From assembly GCA_009103225.1 (NCBI GenBank), contig RHPI01000277.1, positions 207,297 to 271,296 of the forward strand: 64,000 bases of DNA, in the 5' to 3' direction. Numbering within the stretch: the stretch's first letter is position 1; each line of letters starts with the position of its first letter. The translations under genes and the position numbers were made by a program. Of this stretch, positions 39,103 through 50,623 are shown piece by piece. Source of the DNA: Chlorokybus atmophyticus. Lineage: Eukaryota; Plantae; Mesostigma and Chlorokybus algae. A model generated the notes under the pieces. It was not told where the DNA came from. It worked only from the letters and a program-made list of their open reading frames with translations, and did not search any database.

Positions 39103-39716
39103 CTGTAAAGATATCACAGCCAGTGTGATGTCAATTGCTCGTCGCTGACATCGACACTTCTGTCAATGCTTGAACAGCAGGCATTACGGCACTGAACGCA
39201 TCACTGCGTAACAATGCAATGCAGATTTTTAGGTTCGTGTACTGCACTTAAGTGCGTTCAATGGTTCATGCCTGTACGGTACGCTGCTTGCAAGTGTGTC
39301 AGTGCCGTCGGCGGCGGTGTCGTCGACGGCGGTGGCCAGGTCAGTCACATGGCTGTCCTAGTGGAGAGCTGGTACACTTTGTCTCCAACACTTGATCACC
39401 TTGCGAGTGCGCCGCGGCGTGCGTGAAGCAAACCTGTGCCTGCATTGGGCCATGCAGTGACTGGTGTGGTGATCACTCTGCGCCCAACGAAGAGTCAGCC
39501 TGAGGTGACCGTCTCCTCAAATCAGCTAGGCATAGTATCAACTTGTTGATAAGCTTTTGAAAGCAGCTGGATTGAACATTGGAGTAGTGCGGGCACTGAC
39601 CACACTCTCCTGGCAGTGACGTGCTAAGTGAGTAAACTGCATGCTGTGACGGTGGGTAGGCCGCACTCCAGCGTTTCAGCAATACAAGCTTGCGTGCTCA
39701 ACTGCAAGAATCAGCA

Positions 39717-42015
39717 ATGGAGAACGGTAAAGACAAGGAGAATGGTAAAGACTCCAATGGCACTGTGCTGGAGGACTTGAGCGACCTGAGCCCTGCTGCT
39801 AAGGAGGCCTGGAACCTGCTTCAGTCCGCGATGATGATGTTCAAGGGCATGCCTGTGGGCACAGTTGCTGCCAAGGACCCTACAGCGGACTCCCTCAACT
39901 ACGACCAGGTCATGCACATGCGGCAATGAGGCTGTATGTTGTTGGTGGTGTACAAGCAAACAGTCTTTTCAAACTGTCGGTGGGTTTCGCAGGTCTTCAT
40001 GCGAGACTTTGTGTCGTCCGGGCTAGCCTTCATGATGGTGGGGATGCCAGAGATTGTGGAGAACTTTCTGAAGCATACGCTGTGCATGCAGAGCTCCGAG
40101 CATGAGCCTATTGACTGCTTCATTCCTGAAAACGGTAACACACTTTGTTGTGACCTTAGAACAAGTCAGTCGCATGTGTGACGCCACATTGACTTGCACT
40201 TTGCCTCGCAGGCATCATGCCAGCCAGCTTCAAGGTGACCAAAGACAAGAATGGTGAAGAGACATTGGAGGCAGACTTCGGGGAGCTTGCGATTGGGCGC
40301 GTGGCACCGGTGGACTCCGGGTTGTGGTGGTTCATCCTGTTGAGAGCGTACTGCCAAACAACTGGCAAGTCAGAGCTTGCAGACCGACCAGAGTTTCAAC
40401 AAGGGATGAATCTAATTTTGAAGTTGTGTGTCAGCAACAAATTTGACATGTAAGCTTGCTATGATATGTTGCAGTGGTAGTGATGCAAGTATGCAATGCC
40501 TTGACCATGGTGTTGCCCCGTTTGCACAGGTTTCCATCACTTCTAACCACGGATGGTTGTTGTATGATTGATCGCCGCATGGGGCTAGCTGGACACCCGC
40601 TTGAGATTCAGTCGCTGTACTATGCTGCATTGCGATGTGCCCGCGTTCTTCTGAAAAAGGATGGTGAATGCGAGCACATGCGCAACCTGGTGGAGAATCG
40701 CACCAGCGCCCTTTCCTTTCACATCCGGGTGAGCAGTGTGGCTGCACACTAGTGCTTGACTTTGTGCGGTTTGCAAGTTACGGTTTTATAGGTAATATTA
40801 CAACACGTGAAAGCAAGCCATCGCATGTTTCAGCAGAGCTGGGTGGTTATCATGTCTGTGCTACCCTTGCTATTTTTTTGCATATGCAACAACCACCAAT
40901 GACAGGAGTACTACTGGTTGGACAAGAAGGCTTTGAACCGTATCTACCGGTTTGCCACTGAAGAGTACAGTAATGACGCGGAGAATAAGTTCAATGTGTA
41001 TGCAGACTCCATTCCTTCCTGGCTAATGACGTGGATGCCAGACAAAGGGGGGTAAGTGAATGGTAGCGATCATCCTGATGCTCCTAAGCCAGATGTTGCT
41101 AACAGCGTGACTCATGCTAGGTACTTCATTGGCAACCTTGGACCAGGCATGGTATGTCCTCAAGCATGCACCAAGTGTCCGGCCAGCTTGCATGCTCTGC
41201 TGTCTGCTACTGCCCGTACGCCCCTACGACACACTTGCACGCACTTAGGCAGATCACTTAGCAGTAGTTGTTTGCTAACAGTAATTGCCCTTGCTATGAA
41301 TCATTGCCATGCTGCAGATGGACTTTCGTTTCTTCACACTGGGCAACCTCATGGCTATTGTTAGTGCTCTGGCTACACCCGAACAGGCTCAAGCCATTAT
41401 GGACCTCATTGAGATTAAATGGGACGACCTGGTTGGAGACATGCCGATGTACGTGCGCAGTGGTGCTTGTTGCTATTGTACTTGTTAGTGGTTGAGGCAA
41501 CTGCGCATGTTTTGTAACCCATCTGTTACAGGAAGCTTGTGTACCCCGCAATTGAGGGTGAAGAGTGGCGGATCGTTACCGGCAATGACCCAAAGAACAC
41601 ACCGTGGTCATATCACAATGGAGGCAACTGGCCTGTTCTGATCTGGCTGCTTGCGGCGGCGTGCGCGAAGACCAAGCGCATGGAGCTTGCAGAACGGGCG
41701 GTAGCTGTCATGGAGAAAAAGATACAGGAAGATGGTTGGCCGGAGTACTATGATGGGGTAACAGGTGCGCATATGCTTTGAGTGCATCTTTGAGGCGATG
41801 TCTCACAAGTACAGGAGTTCATGTTTGTAATGTACTGCTCAGGGCGGTATATTGGGAAGCAGTCCCGGTTGTTTCAAACCTGGTCAATAAGCGGGTTGTT
41901 GGTCGCTAGAATGCTTATCAAGAAGCCGGAGCTGGTATGCATGCTGGAATTCGAGGAAGATGATGATCTGGTCTTTGCATGTCCCAGCGCTCTCAAGCGG
42001 CAGAGAACTAAGTGA
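39717..42015 (+). CDS. CINV: Alkaline/neutral invertase (glycoside hydrolase family 100), multi-exon; 5' end uncertain
   Basis: LNYDQ|[90 protein letters not shown]. The internal introns I checked are GT-AG and in phase. Confidence 0.96.
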
Positions 42016-42399
42016 ACCAAGTGTTGGCCATCGATATGCGCTACACCATTGAACTTGTACATGTATATATCGCGCTGCAACGCATAGTGTGCAGCAGTGC
42101 AGCTATGGTTGCTGCACGGTTTTTGTTGGACAAATGCATTGTACAATATTTGACCAACTAGGTATTTACTTGGGTGGGCGCTTAGTCGGTCTGTGTGCTG
42201 CCACTCGCTGCCTCAACCACAGCCCTACCATTTTCTGTGCCTGCTCGTTGTCTTGCTTGAAAGCATGTTGTCTAGCATCTCTACTTTCAGCTATGTTGCT
42301 TCAGCGAGTGCTAGCTGAGACGGGCTATAGTAAACGACGATACATTACATGGGTACGGACAGCATGGGTCCAATAATTACCTACATACAACTACTAGGT

Positions 42400-45300
42400 A
42401 CAGCAAATGCCTGCTACACCAAGTCTGATAAAGTCATGCCCGCCACATCGCATCGTGAGCCGGCCTAGCGTCTCGTGATGGGGCTGCCCGTACATCACCC
42501 GCTGAGAAAGCCAAGATAGTGGATGCCTGAGGACGCTGCAGGATGACGGGGACACGCTGGCCGAACTGAGCGACCAACCGCTGAATGAAGCGACTCTCCA
42601 ACTCGCGTGCATCAGCCAAACGTCAAGTGCACATGGACAACAGGTCAACAGCCGGTGCTCCCAGCCAGCCATGACTCTCGAGGCATTAGCAGCTAAAGGG
42701 ATGAATGTCGGAATCGGCGTGGTCGTGGTACTTGGCCTTCTTCTCGCGCTCAGCTGCCATGGCCTCCACACCCGGACGTGGCCGGCAAGCCGTAACTGTC
42801 ACGTCCAACAGCATGCAACAGTCGCTGCCTGACTCGCAAGCCACATTGTCCTTACGCCTCCCCTGCTGCTTGTGCTCCAACAATAGCAACACGCCCGTCA
42901 CCTCACATCACGACGTAACTCACCTCCCGTAAGACCGCAGCGAAGGTGTCGCGAAGAGCGTCATGAGTATCTATGCGGTGCCCGTCCCGCATGCACATAG
43001 ATAAGCGAGCAATCCTTGCACTCAGCTACCAATGACCACACGCGCAAAATCGAATGCTGCATTTATGTTGGCTTTGCCACACCCTCTGCTGGCGCACCGT
43101 GCACGGTGCGCCAGCCGAGGGTGTGGCAAAGCCAAGAGTGACGCATTGCAGTGCGATACTAAGCAGCAGTCATTTGCAAGTCGTTACGAACAGGGACCGC
43201 CAACACCCAAGCACCTGCACCAATGCCCGCTGCCGTCTGCAGGCGGTGCACGTCGCCGTGCCACGTGCCAGTGGCTGCTGGCTAAAATGAAAGGAAGCTC
43301 GTGTACTGGCATCAATGCATGAAGTCAGGTCATGCTGTAGATGTCTGCTCTGTGAGGTCGCCAATGCCGCGAATGCTATCAGCTGAAATGAATTGGGTGG
43401 TATTACGCACGCAGCGAGGTGCAGGTCGTGACAAATAGGCAAGTCTCTCACAGCGACATCAACAATAGCAACCCCCAAACTGTTGTCGTAACGCACACTT
43501 TCCAAGCGCCGACGCATCACACTCGCCCACCAACCTCAACCACATATGAACGCCGCCGGTGCAACGGCAGCTGCACACCAACGTCCCACACCACCCAAAG
43601 TCACGGGCAGCGACGCCAAGCGGTTTGCATCTGGCCCTAACGCTGCATGTGCCTTTCCACGTCAGCCGCCAAATTGGTGTAGGGTAAAGTGCCCTAAAAC
43701 GGGCAAATAAGGTTTAACCTATCATAGCTAGCAGGCTGTTTGGTTTTAAGGTGATGTTAGTGAGTGATGTGTAGCTTATCGAATTGGCTACACGTGTATA
43801 TTTTATTACGTACATTTTGACCAGTATAGCATTGGTTATGGCGCGCCAAGTGGGCATGTGTAATCCCAGCAGGTCAAATCGACCCGTGACCTTATTTCGG
43901 TCACCCATTTGCCTGGGTAGCAGGCAGAATGGCGTCGGCCATCACCGTGGTGTGGCGGATGTAGGGTGATGGCCTTGCTGGCTCTGACAGCTGCCTGCTC
44001 CCGCCACAGTGAGGCGGCTGTCAACCTTTTTCCGCCCTTTTGTGGCGGGAGAAAGCTGTCAGCAAACGAGGCAGGATGCAGGCACATATCTCAATTCCTA
44101 TCTCGTCACACGATATGATCCTGTCAGGCCCAATCTTCATCACCTCCAGCACCTCTTTCAAATGCTTGAAGTAGTCCTTCACTATCCATCGTTTGAAAGA
44201 CGTCCTCCTGCTGGCGTCCACTGGCTCTGCTTGTCTCTTGCTTAACTTATGCCTCTTCATGAAGCTCCTCACCCATCTCTTGCCAGGTATGCCATCCTTA
44301 AATTGGTCTTTTCTGGGGTCGTAGCAGAGTTGCTTGGCAACGTGAAGTTGAATATCATACTTTGTCATAGCACAACCTATGCCGTTTTGGTAAGTCAGCA
44401 GCTCCACCAGCTTCATCTGTTCATTATCGTGTAGCAAGGTAGGTCGCCCTGTCCCCCTGCAGTATAGTAGTAAGTGTGTTGCACAGTGTTGCCATGCATA
44501 GCACAATCAGCAACTACACATGCACAGTGTTGCACTGCAGCTTACTTGTATTGTTGCACACGTGCAGGGTCCTCCACATAGTCCTGGAAGGTGGACTCTG
44601 GCAGCCCCACCTCCCTGGCTGCAGCTCGTGCACTCATGCACCCTTGCTACACAGCTTGGATGGCAGCTTCTACTTGAGGCAGCAGCTGCTCCCGGGCCTT
44701 CCTGTTCATGTATGGTCCCCTCTTGGGCTTGCTCTGCACCTCTTTTAGTCGCTGCTGCACGCTCTTGTTGGTAACCCGTTTCCTCACCTATGAGTAGCAC
44801 GGTGCCTGACTATAAGGCACGATGAATGCCGCAACAGCAACAACAACTTGGCAATGATGACACCTTGGTCTGAGCCAAACGGTAGAAGAACATAGCATAG
44901 GCATAGCATAGTGCAACGTACTTGAGTTGGCATAGGCGCTTTGCTTGTAAACTTGAATGCAACTTTGTCTCTCACTACCCCCGTGTGCCCTCAACCCTGC
45001 TCACCTCACTTGCACGCGTGCATTGCAAGCCCACCGCTCCTATGCTTGCCTGGCAACACTAACACAACCACAACAGCAAGCCACCGTCCAGATGCTAACT
45101 CATACAACTTGCACAAGCTTGCACTTTACGATTGTTGCGGTAGGGGTGGCATACTAATTTTTTTGTAACTCATCTAACTAAGCTGAAACTTTATGATAAG
45201 CAGCCTTACGTACTAACTAAAACAATGCGAAAATCCTCAACTTAAAAGCCCGCGCCACTCATAAGTTACAGCCTTCACCAACTCTTAAAGTGTTACGGCA

Positions 45301-47230
45301 CTTAGGAGGGGTGACATATTATATTTCTCAAATCTTATCCAATCAGCATGAAACTTTGATAGAAGTTGCATCATTACTAAACTAACACAAAGCAACAAAC
45401 CGCACTTCAAAACTCATTCACAGCCAAAAGTTATAACAGTTAAGGACTATGACTCAGCAGATTACCTAAACTAATTATTTTTAAAAATTAAAATCTGCCG
45501 CTCTACTTGGTCAAACGGGATGGGGTTTGAACCAGTAGACGCGCGTTAGCCACATCTATCAGCTCCTAAACCCTCACCGCGATCGACGGCCCACAGCGCT
45601 TACAGCAGCCAAAAAACAGGCGTGACCGAAATCAGGTCACTGCCCGAAATTAGGGCACTTTACCCTATATTGGGGGTGCGGGGGGCCTGTTCCGTTGCAC
45701 CATGGTGCTGAAATCTAAAATTGCCGCTAGCTCTTTCGCTGGGGCTGCTGATGTGAGCGTGGGCAAGGTGTTAGGGAGCTCAATACTTGTTGAGGCAGCA
45801 GCTATTGGTGCGAAGAGAGGCGCTTCTGTGGTAGTGGACCTCCCCCACAAACAACAGCTTGAAGCAGCGGCGGTGTTGTCCGGCCGTGCAGTGGCTGCAT
45901 CGGTGGCTTGCCGATGGTGAGCTGACTCGAGTCCGTTGTGGAGCTGGAGAAGGTGACCGGCTGGGTGGCGAGCGGGGGAGTGAGCGGTGGTTCGCCTCGA
46001 TGAAACGCCTGAAAGGCAACGGACGAGTGACCGAGCAAGTTGCCAGCAAGTTACAGTTGAGGAGGTCCTCCAACTCATCTCTACGGTTGCGCAAGTCTTT
46101 AATCTCAGCCAAAAGACTGTTTCGCTCGCCATGAAGGTTAATGTTACCCCTAGCTATAAACGCGACTCTGGCTATAGCTTTGCCTCCGGCCTTGCTGCTG
46201 TTGGTGGGGCCGACCTTGCCCTTGCCCTTGCTCCACTTGTTGTTGCTGCTGCTGCCACAGCTCAGGAAGGATTGGTTTTCAGAGCCTCCTTCAGCTGCGG
46301 ATACGTGTAGCACCCTTGTAGCAGCGCACTCTTACACACATCGAGCAGGGTTGGCGCGTGCATCAACATCAAGAAAGTGTCGCGAATAGTGGTATGAATC
46401 CGGACAACAGAGCAATGAAGGCCGGAATGGGAGCCATCATGCGCATTAGTACGAGGGGCGTGTGGCGACACAACGTGTCAAAATCAACAAGGCCACTTGT
46501 GTGTCACACATGCGGAGTAGCGCAGAAATAATGGCTGTTGCTCCAATAATGTCCGTTGACAAAACTCAACAACTGAAGAAGGTGACCCCAAAAGTACGAG
46601 TACGCCTAATGGATAAAAGCCATTTGACTCCACACGCATTGTCGATGAGAACACGCTCGGAATTGCCGACTTACTAGAAAGCACTGACTTGTCCCACCGC
46701 ACCATCAAATCAACAGCAGCCAGTGCAGCGCAAATAGCCTCTGCCGCCTTAGCTACGTCAGATGCGGGCCCTCTATCAAAAAACTGTCATCCGCATACAT
46801 CGGCATCGCCACAGTGGGGAAGCGAGAGATGGTGCGAGTCACAGCATTGGTGTGTACCTGCGCATACTAGAACCCTGCTATCAACCCTCCCTGTTGAGTG
46901 CCAGTGTACGAAGTAATGCGCACAACACCTGATTCCCCGGAGTAAAACAATGCCGTTGGAAAATCATAAAACTGCCTCATGAATGGGATGGGATGTGCGA
47001 AGGGACTTGTGCGCAGCAGCTCAAACATAGCCGTCCTGTCAACCGTGCTGCATGCATTGACAACGTCAAGCTTAAAGACCACATCATCTGGATTCGCTTG
47101 CAGATATGTGCAAATGATCTAAGCCACGATCGCAGAGCGACGGTTGGTTGCCACGCTAAATTGCCATGGTGCAAATTGGGTGCAAGCCACGTCATGAACA
47201 GTAGCAGACAATGAACGCCTCATCCTTTGC
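42400..47230 (-). mobile_element. CRE-like non-LTR retrotransposon (RT + CCHC + restriction-like endonuclease), 5'-truncated, decayed, split by a pogo-like element
   Basis: RT: APWQFSVA, DVVFKLDVVNA, TGTQQG, MYADD (~46783-46801), RLASLPVTLGGVG (~43580-43620). C-terminus: HDALRD, LLDVTV, AEREKKAKY, ESHGWLG, VILQR (42430-42970). Boundaries approximate. Confidence 0.8.
43682..45665 (-). mobile_element. pogo/Tc1-mariner-superfamily DNA transposon, internally deleted (1984 bp)
   Basis: TIRs GGGTAAAGTGCCCTA(AAACGGGCA / ATTTCGGGCA), TA duplication at 43680-81 and 45666-67. Transposase: HTH-psq-like AAREVGLPESTFQDY, intron 44457-44545, CENP-B HTH (GRPTLL...PGKRWVRSFMKRH) and start of DDE (SCDE), then truncated. 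Confidence 0.9.
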
Positions 47231-49315
47231 AAAGTGTCAACAATGGTAATGAGACGGACATCACAAAAACACAAACACGGGCTATAACGGTTGACTTTAA
47301 ACTAGCGTGATTAGGCATCGTCGGATAATGCAAAATACATTTACAAACCTTCTCACGCTATGTTAACGGCAACCGTGTAAAATATATTACAATTATGCAT
47401 TGTATTCTGACACCAACGTTAATGTTTAATATTTTATGCAGCTACAACTATGCTTATGATGCAGTATATGATGCGTGGTATCATCTATTATATGTTGCTT
47501 GTATGTAATTCATGAATGCAATATAATACCGTTGCTTAAAGTGTACACTACAATGTATACCTTAAAAGCTACCTATCATGCAAAAAATGCATATAGTAAT
47601 ACATAAGTGAGATTCCATTGTATTGAATGTGTAAGGCTCAACACGCCTACTACTGTTTTAGTTGAAAGAAAGAATGCATCATTGACATCTGTGGTTTTCG
47701 CTTTTATCTGTACTATGTAAGGGACGTGATGTACAACGTGCCAGCTCATGTGTGATTTGTATATAATAATTCATGCTAGGTGAATCACTTAGCATGGTTT
47801 ATCACGCCACTAGGCTGTGACTTGAGGTAAGCTTAGCTGTGATATAGAGTTCAAACAACGTGTCATGCCTAGTAGATCGTTACGTTGTTAGGCTGTGACA
47901 TAGGGTTTATGGTAGCTGTGACTAGTAAGCGGAGGGTTGGGGCGGCAAAGTGGCGTATTGGATGGTGGTAGGCAGTGTCAGGCTTAAGCGGCGTCGCCGC
48001 GACAGAGACTGACGCCGTGCTAGCCGCTAGAGGGTGGGGGCGGCAGCCGTATCAAGCTCTTTCGCCCGCACGTAAGCATATGGCTAGTCGTTGTTGCCTT
48101 AAAAAAAAAAAAGGGCATTTACACTTGCGTACTTTGCATTTGCAGGTCTTTGCGTAAAGTCCGCTGACGTGGCTCTTGAAGTCTCAACATCGCCGCAAAT
48201 GCCTTTCTAGCATGACCCGCCGAGATTTAGCATTTTTTGGCGGCGATTGTTAGTACAATACCGGCAATCGCCGCCATTTGACGCAGACAACAAACTTTTA
48301 CGAGGTCAGTAGCAATCCGTCAGCTTCATCGCAGGAAATTGGCGGCAATCGCAAAGTAGGGGGGGGGGGGAGAGGGGGGTTGCTTTGGAATTAAATGTAT
48401 GCAAGACGGCGTTTGTGCTTAAGCTTTTACAATCGCAAATGTGAATTAAGACTTTGCGCAAAGTACGAAATGTGCAGACATTTGCCGCAAACTACGTAAG
48501 CCAGCAATTAGGGCGCTATAAATTACGCTTTAGCAGGGACGTCAACTCCTCCTCATCACAATCCGGTATCTATGTTGTATTTAGTCATAGATCGTTTCAC
48601 AACTTGGCAATGAACAACTGTCGTCAACTAGGAGCCTCACACACCATTACTACCCGTGGCGGTGTATGTCATGATGACATCTCCGCAGCTGCGACATACC
48701 AGGTGTACGCGTTCACCCAAAATTGTACCAGCCACCCTACAGTCACAAGTGCTGACACCCCCGCAGAGTTAAGGGGCTGCACGGTCCTCGTTCCCGCTGT
48801 CTATAACGCGGAACCTAACATACCCCCCGCGGTGCTCTGCAGGTGCTTCCTTTACAGCTTGCTGCTGCCCCTTCCCCCTTCCCTCTACCCACACTCCTCC
48901 CCCGGTCTATAGCTAGTGCACTTAGCTATAGCTTAGTGGGGCCCCCCATCCCGTTGTTTTTGCCTTGCTTGTGCTGTAATATTAAGCTTTGCTGTGTTGT
49001 GCTTGCTTGCTTGACTGATTGACCCCAATCCATCTGTTGTGAACTATACCATTCATGATCTGCACTTATATCAACAGAAAGGTACAACATTGCACATACA
49101 TCACGTGCATATTCTGTACACTACACTACATATGTGATTAAAAATGCAATTGCTATTACCAATGCGTATCATTGCCGGTTTAAACCAGATGTACACAACA
49201 AGCAACATGTTATACTTCAATGGAAGAGCGCAGTAACTATTTGTTGATCATACCACAACCCATTGCCCGCTGTTACCGTGATGAGTAGTTGGGTTGGTTA
49301 ATAAACCATGCTACG

Positions 49316-49817
49316 TATAACAATTGGGGCCCGACCACTAGGCTATGGTAGTAAAAGACACTACCATGAGTGAGGTTTATCACAATTTATCCCACTTCGT
49401 GACATTCCTCCCCAATTTAACCCATGAGTTCCTCATAATCCAATGAGGCACTAGCCCACGTCGCCGTGTTTGCAATCGTAGCACAATCGGTCTGCCCGCG
49501 GCCTGCTGGATCCGGCCCACGAACGGTCTTGACCGACCGAACGGCCATCCTCACCAAGCGACCTGCCATCGCGCCGCGACCGCTCACGCGGCCTTAGGTT
49601 GAATTGGCTCGACGCGCAGGTCGTGATCCCGCGCCCAGGCTAGGGCAAGCCGCCCCAAATGTTTTTGCCTTGAATCTGCCTTGATCCCCTACAGGAATTG
49701 AACCTGAGACGTCAGGCTTCGTTACCATTGTAGCAATTGGGGCCCGACCACTAGGCTATGGTAGTAAAAGACACTACCATGAGTGAGGTTTGTCACAATT
49801 TATCCCACTTCGTGACA
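49316..49817 (-). mobile_element. TRIM-like miniature LTR retroelement (502 bp)
   Basis: 89-bp direct repeats at 49316-49404 and 49729-49817 (TG/TA...CA). PBS-like TGGTAACGAAGCC (49715-49727, minus). PPT AAATTGGGAGGAA (49405-49417, minus). Near-TSD CTACG/CAACG. No internal ORF. Confidence 0.8.
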
Positions 49818-50623
49818 CAACGGTACCAATAGACTTCATTTTTTGTAAACCACCAATGCACCCCCGTGTGCACGATTGGTGCAGACCGGCGTTAAATATA
49901 TCAACGTGTGCTGCGATAAAACTGGATCCGAACTATGCAGACTCCGACAAGATATTGCGGTTGCATAAGAGCGATATCAGTGTGAAGGCATGTAGCAAGG
50001 TTGGTCATGCTTTCTGCTGTGACCCCGACGCCTTTTATGCTGATCCAATCAAAGGCCTCTTAAACCCACGGCTACGTGGTGTGTATGGATTGATAATCCC
50101 GCAATTCCCAAACACGCTTTTATCATGCACATCAGCGACACAACTCTCAAGAAAAAGGACATCATGCAATGGAAGCTTTACGCTAGGCCGCCACACTGCG
50201 CTTGGACGTGCGCATGCACTGATCACGTGCGTACGTGTGCGTCAGTACTACTCCCCAGTAGACGTCTTGCACAACATGTGCGCGACAAGCACTGTTTCAT
50301 GCACGACACGCACTGTTTGTGCATGTCTGCTGCTCTTCACTACTGCTCATGAATGCTTAGCCAGCAACATGCCTTCTCAAGCTAACAACCACGTTTGCTG
50401 TCATTCGTCATCTCATGAGCAAAACTTAGTTGAAGACGTTGACTGAACGTTGCTACTGGACCCTTGGGAGTTCAAGTGCACGCGGTGCAGAGCGCCTCTG
50501 TTATACAGACAAGGTATGACAAAAACCAATGGTATAATACACTTGTGCTATTAACAGTAGCCACCATGTGGTTACGTGCTGGTGGCAATCGCAGCATGGC
50601 AAAGCGTGCTGGGTGACAGATGG

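Noticed and set aside
48454-50446. ORFs 48454-48912 and 49790-50446 as genes
   Set aside because: Non-ATG starts, no recognisable domains and no consistent splice structure; they overlap repeat-like or 3' UTR sequence.
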